Below are positions 1 through 9,344 of a stretch of 12,882 nt of DNA, piece after piece. Position 1 is the stretch's first letter, and each line of letters begins with the position of its first letter. Source of the stretch: Amoeboradix gromovi X-113. Its lineage: Eukaryota; Fungi; Sanchytriomycota. The notes beneath the pieces were generated by a model that made no database searches, had not been told where the DNA came from, and was given only the letters and a program-made list of their open reading frames with translations. Where the stretch lies: contig JADGIF010000249.1 in NCBI GenBank assembly GCA_018985225.1, positions 1-12,882 of the forward strand, read 5' to 3'. The translations under genes and the position numbers were made by a program.

Positions 1-440
1 GAAAGAAGCAGGACATTTATTAGTAATAGTATTTCCTCCTTATGGTGCACCTCCTTTAAAGAAGACTTGGTCTAGTTTTTATATTTGGTGTCCCAATCAT
101 TAAACAAAATCATGTCTTATCATCGTTCTTATTACGTTTTGATTCTATGCTGTATGTTCCTAAAGAGCTTGCGAAAACCGAGCTGAAGTTTGTCAAAGGT
201 TGCTGTACTCATGCAATCATCTATCTTACTTGTTTTTGATGAAGCCTCTTCATTCATGATGTGCTTCCAAATCTGACATCTAAAGTGGGCCACTTAAATT
301 TGCAGGGTGAGGTGTAAAGATCATTAATTTAGATGCATGTAACTTTCGTTTCACATTGCTATAAGCAGGTAATATGCTATATACGGAATTTCTACAATGT
401 AGTTATGATTTATCCGTTTAATTAGAGACCTTTGCATCAA
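1..440 (+). pseudogene. Decayed copy 1 of an unidentified intergenic protein-coding repeat family (5' end outside window)
   Basis: Collinear motifs shared with the other copies: FPPYGAPPL (PYG at 38), VKG...AIIYLTCF**SLFIHDVLPNLT (IYL at 219, LT at 273), AGNMLYTEF...DLSV*. DNA atgatttatccgtttaattagagacctttgca (~406-436) resembles atgatttatttcactataatcgagagacacttttgca (~1950-1986). Stops and frameshifts are present. Confidence 0.6.
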
Positions 441-486
441 TATGAGCATAAACACAGCTTGTAGTTTCAGGTTGAAATTACAATAT

Positions 487-1392
487 TTACTGATTTTTTC
501 GGACCCCGAGGTATAATTTGTCTCTTAAACTACTGTTTAACGACAACTTCCGAGCGAACCATTTATCTGCAGTTATAACTTCTATGAAGTCCTGCTCCAT
601 TAGCCAACAAGGACTGGATCCCTTTCTGGTAGGATTCCTGTAACAATCAGTCCATTTAGTAAACATTGGGTTTTCAAACAGCTGAGTCTCGTTGAATTTG
701 CTATCCATTAGTAAAGTATGGAAAAAAGACTCATCTGGTATTCCTGTATGTTTAAAAAAATTGAGCCACGAGGTAAACCACTGTGTGCTACTAAACATAT
801 GCTCAATAAAAGGGCGGCTTAACATAATCCATTGAGATTCTTTATATATAGGAGCATTATTTGGAGTTATGTCATACTTTGTACAATCATCATCTACGCA
901 TCTTGCTCTAGTTCGCTGGCAAGCACTGTGGTCATATTTGCAAGCGGGGCTAGGTGCTTCGTCGAAAACTGCACAAGCTTCGGGATTTAAATTTGCCAAA
1001 TAGTTTTCCAGAGTGCTCAACGGTCGAAGAGGTACGGTCATCCCGTCTAAAAAATAGAGGTAGTCATATTTAAACTCTCTGCTCATTTTTAGCAATAGAA
1101 GTTCAGAATATAATAAACTATATCTTCCCCACTTCGCATTTATTTGTTGGTCAACTACATGCACATTAAATTGCTCAAATTCGATTTTGGACATTTTTTT
1201 ATCAAAATGTACTAGATAGTGGTGGTTCGTAGAGTAATAATTAAATAAAAACTGCTCAAACCCTTTCAATGTCTCTTCATTGTGTATCATAAACCCGAAT
1301 GCTATGCGGGTGTTTGGACTCACCGGCCACATGTAGAATAACCCCCATAACAATATTAGAAGCGGAAACGTTATTCTTATGTCTAATGACAT
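487..1392 (-). CDS. GT14 family (Core-2/I-branching enzyme / xylosyltransferase-like) glycosyltransferase, type II membrane protein, 301 aa
   Basis: N-terminal hydrophobic anchor (FPLLILLWGLFYMW), then GT14-like motifs in the expected order: RIAFGFMIH, HYLVHFDKK, KWGRYSLL, YLYFLDGMTVPLRP, ESQWIMLSRPF, IPDESFFHTL and terminal FARK. Confidence 0.85.
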   Translation of the reverse strand: MSLDIRITFPLLILLWGLFYMWPVSPNTRIAFGFMIHNEETLKGFEQFLFNYYSTNHHYLVHFDKKMSKIEFEQFNVHVVDQQINAKWGRYSLLYSELLLLKMSREFKYDYLYFLDGMTVPLRPLSTLENYLANLNPEACAVFDEAPSPACKYDHSACQRTRARCVDDDCTKYDITPNNAPIYKESQWIMLSRPFIEHMFSSTQWFTSWLNFFKHTGIPDESFFHTLLMDSKFNETQLFENPMFTKWTDCYRNPTRKGSSPCWLMEQDFIEVITADKWFARKLSLNSSLRDKLYLGVRKNQ

Positions 1393-1402
1393 ACTTCACG
1401 GT

Positions 1403-2035
1403 TGTTTTATCCTAGTCACGGACTCTCCACATGAAAAGTCTTAGTTTGCTGGTTAATTAAGCGTTACTTGAGAAAAACTGACAAAGCAGGTCGCTCTGTT
1501 GCAGCGGTTGAACATGTCCCTACCCTGAGGCGGATAGAATAAGGATAGGCACATTTCAAGTACATGTCCTTGCTGCCATATGGACTCTATGTACTTCCAA
1601 TATCCTCAACAGCTCAAGCGCATGTGAATTCCCCATATAGTACTGAGATGCTATTCAATATCCTCTTGCCTGTAGGGCCAGACCCTAGTATTCAGATGAT
1701 ATTTTTGGATGAAGATGTGGAAATACCAACCTTCTCTTGAATGTCTTGTAAATGGTGCAGAAATCTACCTGCTAACGCCATAGATGAGCCTATTCTTTGT
1801 CTATCGGTGATCTAAATATTTGACATATTCTGGCTGCAGTCTTTTGGAGAAATATGCCATAGATGAAAAGAAGCACTATCAAGCGTATATACATTTAAAA
1901 AACTCTGGAGAAGAAGCCTATCCGAATGAAATTGTTCATCTAGTAATAAATGATTTATTTCACTATAATCGAGAGACACTTTTGCAGTCTTTGAAAACAG
2001 ATCTCTGGCATCTGCTTTGGTTAATGTTTAAGTAG
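1403..2035 (+). pseudogene. Decayed copy 2 of the intergenic repeat family (most complete; includes the 71-aa ORF 1820..2035)
   Basis: One frame from 1435 reads KVLVCWLIKRYLRKTDKAGRSVAAVEHVPTLRRIE*G*AHFKYMSLLPYGLYVLP. After frameshifts it reads VNGAEIYLLTP*MSLF (1763) and LTYSGCSLLEKY...YIHLKNSGEEAYPNEIVHLVINDLF (1820 onward). Each block matches other copies. Confidence 0.8.
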
Positions 2036-2348
2036 AAATGCCTTGATCATTCTAGTTTTTATACGCTCTACAAAAATTAGGAACCTCTCAGAACAAATAT
2101 CTCAACAGATGTGTTAATAAGAGTGCGGCACATTTTGTTGCCTGCCTTAAACACTGCTAACTATACCAGTTTCTTTTGTCTGTAAGTCGCTTCCACCGTA
2201 TTGCTAAGTACACTTTTTATGACTAGGTAATGTCGTAGCAAGCATTCCATGACTAGATCTCAGTCAGGACTGCGGCTTACTATTGGAGCTCGAAACTATC
2301 AGCATCCACTTCTCGCCGTAATACGAATCATTCACAGTTGTAAATCAT

Positions 2349-5300
2349 ATGCTAGTAAATGACCTAGTTGGAAGTAGAATCTCCAAAAAATATCCTGAAA
2401 CACTATTCCATATGCTTCAAAATAAAATAACTTTGAATCGAAGTTACAAGGCAACAGCTTCAGAAAATTCGGATAAACCTAGTACGCGAGTAATACATTT
2501 TAACCAGTCCAGTAAGGGGTTCGCAAACAATTCTATTAGTACCTCTAAATATACGCTGCTTAATTTTTTCTTCAAATTTATATTAGAGCAGTTTAGCAAG
2601 TACGCGAATATGTTCTTTTTGCTTATCAGTATTCTGCAGCAAATAGGCTCGCTTTCGCCGACTTCGAAATACACTACAATAGGTCCTTTGCTTTTTATTT
2701 TGTTTATTGCAGCAATTAAAGAAGTTATCGAGGATAGCAAAAGGCATAAAAGTGATTCAGAGGTTAACAAGCGTATGGTTCAAGTACTGGTGGACGGTAA
2801 ATTCGTTGAAAAGAAATGGCTCGACTTAATTGTTGGTGATGTAGTGAAAATCGATAACGGTGGATATTTTCCAGCAGATATAATTGTTTTAAGTACTAGT
2901 GAACCAGATGGACTTTGTTATGTGGAAACTAGCAATCTAGATGGTGAGACCAACTTGAAAATCAAACAGTGTCGACCAGAGACTCTTAATTGGCTAACTG
3001 CAGAGCACCTAGCCAACGTGAGCGGATTTATTGAATGTGAGCTTCCTAACAACTCATTATACACATTTGATGGTACTTTTAAATTCAAAAACCCTGATAA
3101 TGTTCCTATCGGAGGTAAAATTGAGAATAATGGTGAAATAACATCGAATGATGGTCACACAAATCCCCGCAGGTCTACTCTTGATAGAAGTCGACCTACA
3201 GCTAACAAGGATGGACAACTGGAAGTCCCACTAAGTCCTGAACAAATGTTGCTTCGTGGTTGCCAGCTACGCAATACTAGGTGGATTCAAGGTATTTGCA
3301 TATTTACTGGTCACGAAACTAAACTAATGAGAAACGGAACTGCTGCACCGATCAAAAGAACAGATGTAGAGCGTAAGACCAATCGTCAAATTGTATTTTT
3401 GTTTATTTTAATGATTTTCATGTCTTTTTTCAGTAGTGCAGGCCTTCTAATTAATATTTCCGGAAATTTGAACAGTGAAAATGACGATTCAAGATGGTAT
3501 TTAAGCATCACTAACCAAAAACCTGCTGATTTTGCTACCAACTTCTTTTTACAGTTTCTTACATTCCTTATTCTATATAACACTTTGATTCCAATCAGTT
3601 TGATAGTTACCATGGAGATAGTTAAGGCTGTCACGTCTTATCTTATCAATTGTGACAAAGACATGTATTACCCCCCTGCAAAATCATTTGCAATTTGCAG
3701 AACCAGCTCTTTGGTAGAAGAACTAGGTCAGATTAAATACATATTTAGCGACAAGACTGGTACATTAACTTGTAATATCATGGAGTTTAGGCAGTGCTGT
3801 ATAGCTAACAAATGTTATTCCGATGTTATCCATAAAGATAAAGCAGGTTTGGAAGTTCACTCATTTGATACCTTGCATAAAGATCTGGAGGGTCCCAATC
3901 AACCATACATTCATGAATTCTTGTTACTTCTTAGTGCTTGCCATACGGTTATACCAGAACTACCAGACAACTATAACGATGACATTAATACTATTATATA
4001 TCAAGCCAGTAGCCCTGATGAAAATGCACTAGTTAAAGGTGCTAGACTGCTGAAATATGTGTTTCTCACTCGTAAGCCCAAATGCATTCAGATTTCTATT
4101 CATAATGAAATAAAAGAATTTCAAATATTGCAAGTTAATGAATTCAACAGTACTCGTAAGCGTATGAGTGTGGTAGTTAGACAACCGAACAACAAAATTG
4201 TTTTATATGTAAAAGGTGCTGACACGGTAATTTATGAAAGACTGTCAGCTAACAATCCATTTGTCGCCATAACTAATCAAGCTTTGAGCGAATATGCAAA
4301 CGAAGGCTTGCGTACACTCTGTTTAGCAATGAGAGAGATTTCTCAAGAGGAGTACACACAATGGAACAAGATATACGAGAAAGCGTCCACTACGTTGAAC
4401 AACAGACCACAAGAGTTGGATAATGCAGCAGAAATAATCGAGAGAGACTTGTTCTTATTGGGAGCAACAGCAATCGAAGACAAATTGCAAGATGGCGTAC
4501 CAGATACGATTTTTAACTTAGCCAACGCTGGTATCCGTATATGGGTGTTGACAGGAGACAGACAAGAAACAGCAATTAACATCGGGTTCAGTTGCAAGCT
4601 ATTGAACAACGATATGGACTTAATGACATTCGATCAGGAAAAACCAGAGTTGTTTAAAGCTCATCTGCTAGAGCAGTTAGAGAGGTGTAAAGACCGCAAA
4701 ATGCAAGTATTTGCTTCCGAAAAGAAGCAGACCAACTGGATTGGTAAGTTGCTGGAGTTCTTTTCTGGTAAATCATCCATTAGCCATGATGAGTTAGATA
4801 TGACAAAAACCCCATTAGGATTGGTTATAACAGGCAAAACGTTAGGTTTTGCATTACAACCAGAAAATGAGCTGATGTTCTTAAGATTAGCATGTTTATG
4901 CAAGTCGGTGATATGCTGTAGAGTCTCGCCGCTTCAAAAGGCATTAGTAGTCAAACTAGTAAAAAAACACCTAAAGACACTAACTTTGGCGATTGGGGAT
5001 GGTGCGAATGATGTTTCTATGATACAAGCAGCACATGTAGGCATTGGAATTAACGGTTTGGAAGGTAGCCAGGCAGCTAGGGCTAGTGATGTCGCAATAG
5101 GCCAATTTAGGTTTCTGCAAAAACTGTTGCTGGTGCATGGATCGTGGGCGTACAACAGAATATCCAAGTTGATTTTATACTGTTTTTACAAGAACATAGC
5201 ACTGCAGTTCACTCAGTTCTGGTATTCATTTAACAATGGATTTACTGGTCAAACGATATATGAATCATGGTCTTTGGCCGCTTATAATCTATTCTTCACT

Positions 5301-6070
5301 GCTTGTCAACCGCTTTACATTGGTATCTTTGAGCAGTTTGTAAATAAGCAAAATCTGTTGAAGTATACCCAGTTGTACAAAATTGGCCAAAATCAGGAGT
5401 TCTTTAATGCTAGTGCATTCTGGGCAATAGCTTTAAACGGTATATACCATTCTGTTATTTGCTACTTTTCCATATTTTTTATCATGGGCAGTAATTATTT
5501 TGGAGTATCTGGGGGCATATCAGGATTAAATGATGGATTGTGGTTCGTCGGAATGACTTTATACACCGTAATATTGACTGTAGTGACAGGGAAAGCGGCA
5601 TTGTTGACTACGTGGTGGACTATATGGGCATACTTTGCAATATTTGGATCGTTACTTGTGTGGATAATATTCTTGCCAATATTCAGTGCAGTCGGCCCAA
5701 CCTTGAATATGGGAGTTGAGCTATATGGGATGGCAGGCCAATTATATGGAAGCGGTGTGTTCTGGACCTGCTGCATAATTGTTCCGGCACTAGCGCTAAG
5801 TCGAGATGTAGCATGGAAATTGTAATTAAAATCTCATGTAGTTTTAAGAGGCAGTATCGATATAAAAGTTATCATATTATACAAGAAGTTCAAAAATACA
5901 GTGATGCTGGACACAGTGACGGAGACAGATTAGTAAACATAGTAAAGCGAGTCAAGAACATCCATAAGTTGAAAAGTAGAAGTGGCTACGCATTCAGTCA
6001 GAGCCAAGGGCAAAGTGATATAGTAAGAGCTTATGAAATGAGAGATGCATCAAAAGCAGTAAATAATTAA
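2349..6070 (+). CDS. DRS2: P4-type phospholipid-translocating ATPase, Drs2/ATP8A subfamily; join(2349..5821,5842..6070), 1233 aa (start may instead be ATG 2412)
   Basis: Motifs NSISTSKY, TM1 QQ (ILQQIG), DGETNLK, PISL, DKTGTLT, EFNSTRKRMS, KGAD, TAIEDKLQ, WVLTGD, CCRVSPLQKA and IGDGANDVSMIQ. Removing a 20-nt intron joins the tail AWKFFKRQYRYKSYHIIQEVQKY...SGYAFSQ, which matches the Drs2/ATP8A autoinhibitory G[FY]AFS motif. Confidence 0.93.
5822..5841 (+). other. 20-nt spliceosomal intron in DRS2 (phase 2)
   Basis: GTAATTAAAATCTCATGTAG. Excision gives GCA TGG AAA TT|T TTT AAG AGG and fuses ORFs 2349..5825 and 5813..6070 into a Drs2-like C-terminus. Confidence 0.88.
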
Positions 6071-6104
6071 ATGATAACGCTACACTCGCTATAAAGTTCT
6101 CTCG

Positions 6105-6545
6105 CTAAATGTCCTGATTTGAGAAATACAAGAATTCCCACAGAAAAAGCCAGTCGCCACCCTACTGCGGTGACTTATACTTCCACTTCTCTGAAGCCGG
6201 CTTGAATACGGATGCGTTCAGGCATGTGTTACTTGTTGCAATATGGTCTGTATCTACTTCCAAATAAAATGTTGCACACTGATGTATTAAATCGGTATTC
6301 TTTAGAGCGACAAACCTTATGCACACTTAACCGGTAAGTATGTCATCGTTCACACCACTTTATACGTTCTGTACATCCTAGCGATTCTTTAGATCTGACA
6401 TATTCATGATAAGACTATTTGGAGCCATTTTTACTTCTTGACAAACAAGGTCATTGAGTTTTATGCACTTAGATAACTCTAGAAAGAGAGCATATCTGAG
6501 CGATATAGTCTGCGTAATCACGATAAATGGTTTATCAATTTAAAA
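6105..6545 (+). pseudogene. Decayed copy 3 of the intergenic repeat family (internal deletion of about 90 nt relative to copy 2)
   Basis: One frame reads TEKASRHPTAVTYTSTSLKPA*IRMRSGMCYLLQYGLYLLP...FIRSVHPSDSLDLTYS**DYLEPF. After a frameshift it reads FMHLDNSRKRAYLSDIVCVITINGLS, compared with copy 2 YIHLKNSGEEAYPNEIVHLVINDLF. DNA cttgttgcaatatggtctgtatctacttccaa versus copy 2 cttgctgccatatggactctatgtacttccaa. Confidence 0.8.
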
Positions 6546-6689
6546 TAAAATCTATATGGGACCAATTTCAGAAATGTCCCAACTCTAAGTCATAGGACCT
6601 CCTGGAAAGATGTGTCACCCCAATACTATGCCTTCAAGCCGTTTTCCAATATGAAAATGCACTGGCAATATTTCTGTCAAAATAGCTTG

Positions 6690-6817
6690 GTTGATTAGTG
6701 GTGGGAGCATGTGCAACTGCTGCAACGGAGCGACCTGCTTTCTCAGCTTCTTTAACGTAACGCTTGATTGACTAGCAAACCAAGACTTTGATGTGGAGCG
6801 GATTGGGATATAAAACA
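6690..6817 (-). pseudogene. Inverted partial copy 4 of the repeat family (5' segment only)
   Basis: The reverse complement of 6700..6789 aligns without gaps to 1435..1524 at 74/90 nt by my count: KVLVC*SIKRYVKEAEKAGRSVAAVAHAPT versus KVLVCWLIKRYLRKTDKAGRSVAAVEHVPT. Confidence 0.85.
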
Positions 6818-6839
6818 CTGGCTTTCTCCGGAAATCTTT

Positions 6840-7476
6840 ATGAGCAAACTAACTTACTACATTCGTCATTCTTTTTATGGCGCTACTTTGTGGATGGCCG
6901 GAGACCTAATGTCCCAATATTACGAAGGATTTGAAAAAAGAAACAAGTCGAAAGATAGAAATTATAACAACATTGATGTGAAAACTGAATGGGATTCACG
7001 GAGGTTAGCAGTTATGACTGGTTATGGCTTCGGAGCAGGCAGTTTGTACTATTATTGGTATCAAAAATTAGATGTTATAGCGCCATTTGTGTTAAAAAGG
7101 CTGAAGCTGATTCCTACGCCATTGCGTCTTTCAGCTGCCAAATTGTGCATCGATCTTATTAGCTTTGATCCATTTTTCATATCATTATTCTTCTTTAGTA
7201 CCTCTATGCTTACTGGTAGCACTATTGAGGGGTTTTGGAATCATTATAAAACTTATTTTGTTCCCACATATGCTGTAGAAGCTCTTATTTGGTACTTGAT
7301 TTTAATTTAGGAGCCCTATTCAGCTAGTTAATTTTAGATTTGTTCCTGTAATATACCAGCCCATTGTAGTTAATACATTTTCCATTGGCTGGAATGCCTT
7401 GTTATCTTACATTAAGCATTTAGACGTTAATCAAAAAGACGAAGTGTTCGGTAGAACTAAGCATTTTAGCAAGTAA
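6840..7476 (+). CDS. Mpv17/PMP22 (SYM1-like) membrane protein; join(6840..7291,7311..7476), 205 aa
   Basis: GDLMSQ, WDSRRLAVMTGYG, YYWYQKLD and KLCIDLISFDP in exon 1. After a 19-nt intron: IWSPIQLVNFRFVPVIYQPIVVNTFSIGWNALLSYIKH, the typical Mpv17 C-terminal WPxxQxxNFxxVP...WNxxLS signature. Confidence 0.9.
7292..7310 (+). other. 19-nt spliceosomal intron in the Mpv17/SYM1-like gene (phase 2)
   Basis: GTACTTGATTTTAATTTAG. Excision gives ATT TG|G AGC CCT ATT CAG and restores the conserved Mpv17 C-terminal domain. Confidence 0.9.
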
Positions 7477-7496
7477 GCAATAGTAAACAACGATGT

Positions 7497-9117
7497 TTAT
7501 TCGTCGTAATCCTCATTCACATTTCTATCTTGTACAGTTTTTGGGTCTTCAAATGGTTGGACGATGTGCTCCTCAATCTTCTTCTTTTTAACAACTGATG
7601 GCTCTTCTGCACTTCTTTTTGTTGAATCAGATGCAGTTTGAGGCTCGGACTCTTCTATTGGTCGGTGTATTATTTTGGGTCTAACATCCAAATTTGGTAA
7701 ACTTGGTAACTGCATTTTGCTCTCTCCGAACTGCATTTTAGCTATCTCTGTTTTAGCAGGGATCTTTATATTGTTAAATCTATCATTCAGTGCGCTTGTT
7801 AGGTTGTGTTGCTGGGATGCCTCTGTTTTCGTCGCGTTTTCAGTTCTGGCAATGACTGATCCGCTATTAAAAGGTTTCGCTAGGTGGTCTAACTGGCTGG
7901 GATTCATATCTAGTGGCTCTCCAAGTGGTAGCTGACTAGATTCTTTGTTCTGAATAGCAAGTCTTACGTGTTCAAATCGCTTTTTGATTTCCATATTTGT
8001 GGGTGCCAAGTCATGTGCACGAGTATATGCGTCATGCGCATCACTCAGCTGGTTGTTACACACTTCGTACAATTGGCCTAAGTCATACCACACTTCAGGA
8101 ATGTATGGATTAATGGTTAGTGCTTTAGTGTATGAATCTAGAGCATCTCTATACTATATTAGTGATAATTACTTGTTGTTTGGTATAGTACAATACACCA
8201 ATGCTACACCATACGGTAGGATTTTTAGAGTCTTTATAAACCGCGTATTGATATGCCTCATAGGCCTTTGTAAAATCTTTTTTGGCCATATAACACCTAC
8301 CTAGCAAGTACCATGCATGTGGATCCTCCTTGTCTATTTCTATTGCCTTGTTCAGTATAGCCACAGCCTTGTCTAGTTCATTGAACTGTGAATGATACAG
8401 CCATGCCAATTGCTGCAATACTTTAGCATTTTTAGGCTGGTATTGCAAAATGTGCTCATAGGATTCCTTGGCCATGTTAAACTCTTTTTCGCATTCGCAG
8501 CAATGCCCTATTTGGAACCAAATGTCCAAGGTAGTTAAAGGCTTAGGGGGATGGTTTAAAATTTTAGTAAATTGCTCCAGAGATTGTTGGTATTTACCCT
8601 GTTGTTTATATATAATACCAAGTCTAAAGTTAATCTCGTTAGACTTTATAAAAGATGAATCCATATTGAGAGCGGCGACAAATGCCTCTTCAGCATGGTC
8701 CAAACTACCAAAGCGATCATACAGAATGCCTATACCGTACCAGAGCCTGGGTTCTTTAATGCTTGGTAAATGGTATAGTGCCTGTTGATAAGCACTGTAT
8801 GCCTTTTGCAATTCCTCGCTCATCAAATAAGCATGGCCTAGAGCAATCCATAAATATCCGTTGCTTTGATCTATAGTCAGCTTCTTTGTAAACCAGTCAA
8901 TAGCTTTATCCAGCTGAGAGTTGGAGCGATAAATGCGAGCTATCCCTGATAGTCCTTCGAGCGACTTGGGCTGATATTCCACAGCTTTTTCAAAGTATAG
9001 TAGTGCCGTTGTATGTGTGTTCATAAGTTCAGCCAAATTTGCAATACTTAAACAAATTTGTTCGTGCTGTAGCTGGATTTGAGCCAAAAGCTGTTGCGTT
9101 TGTTGGCTTTGATTCAT
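7497..9117 (-). CDS. CYC8: General transcriptional corepressor Cyc8/Ssn6 (TPR array); complement(join(7497..8153,8173..9117)), 533 aa
   Basis: Short Q-rich N-terminus, then TPR motifs AYSAYQQALYHL, LWYGIGILYDRFGSLDHAEEAF, DIWFQIGH, AKVLQQLAWLY, WYLLGRCYM and NPTVWCSIGVLYY. After the intron: YRDALDSYTKALTINPYIPEVWYDLGQLYEVCNNQLSDAHDAY. Ends in an acidic ...EDYDE tail like fungal Ssn6. Confidence 0.93.
8154..8172 (-). other. 19-nt spliceosomal intron in CYC8 (phase 0)
   Basis: Minus-strand GTAATTATCACTAATATAG containing a CTAAT branch-like motif. Excision gives CAA CAA|TAT AGA GAT GCT (QQYRDAL), matching the Ssn6 QYRDALDAY motif. Confidence 0.92.
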
Positions 9118-9344
9118 TAATTTATGCTTGTTTCAAGGTGTATTTTTATTATAAGGAATTATGGCAGCGAAAAATGCGGAGTTCGGCACGTGATTTCATT
9201 AAAAAAGATAAGAAATCTGATTATGAAGGAGGTTTCCTAATCTCAACATGTGAGACATGCAATAATTACAAGTGCCATGGAATCAATTTATTAAATTTTT
9301 CTCGGCATTAATTGTTTATAAATCATTTTCTTTGTTCGACATAA
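9118..9344. promoter_or_regulatory. Putative bidirectional promoter between CYC8 and the 280-aa ORF
   Basis: 227-bp head-to-head spacer, AT-rich, with a central GC-richer patch that includes the palindromic E-box CACGTG at 9187..9192. Confidence 0.45.

Noticed and set aside
71-83. 13-nt exact match TCTAGTTTTTATA with 2051..2063
   Set aside because: Low complexity, AT-rich and not collinear with the repeat alignment, so plausibly chance.
2-103. KEAGHLLVIVFPPYGAPPLKKTWS resembles the IS630/Tc1 transposase motif LPPYSPDLNPIE..W
   Set aside because: It lacks SPDLNPIE, and it aligns better with the LLPYGLY block of the local repeat family, with correct downstream spacing.
1520-1530. Conserved CCC/CTC-TGA in copies 2, 3 and 5, suggesting a TGA=Trp (mitochondrial or mollicute) source
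   Set aside because: The frame continuous with both KAGR and LLPYG reads ACC CTG AGG (T-L-R), so this TGA is out of frame.
1820-2035. 71-aa ORF as a standalone gene
   Set aside because: It has a TTG start and is the surviving open segment of pseudogene copy 2.
3115-3172. Possible GT...CAG intron explaining the flippase insertion
   Set aside because: 58 nt is not a multiple of three and would break the conserved frame. It also does not match the local intron consensus.
5813-6070. 85-aa ORF as a separate gene
   Set aside because: It is exon 2 of DRS2.
6615-6818. 67-aa minus-strand ORF
   Set aside because: It overlaps repeat copy 4 but in a different frame from the conserved one, and has a non-ATG start.
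7497-8093. 198-aa minus-strand ORF as a separate gene
   Set aside because: It is part of exon 2 of CYC8, and the GTG start is an internal Val.
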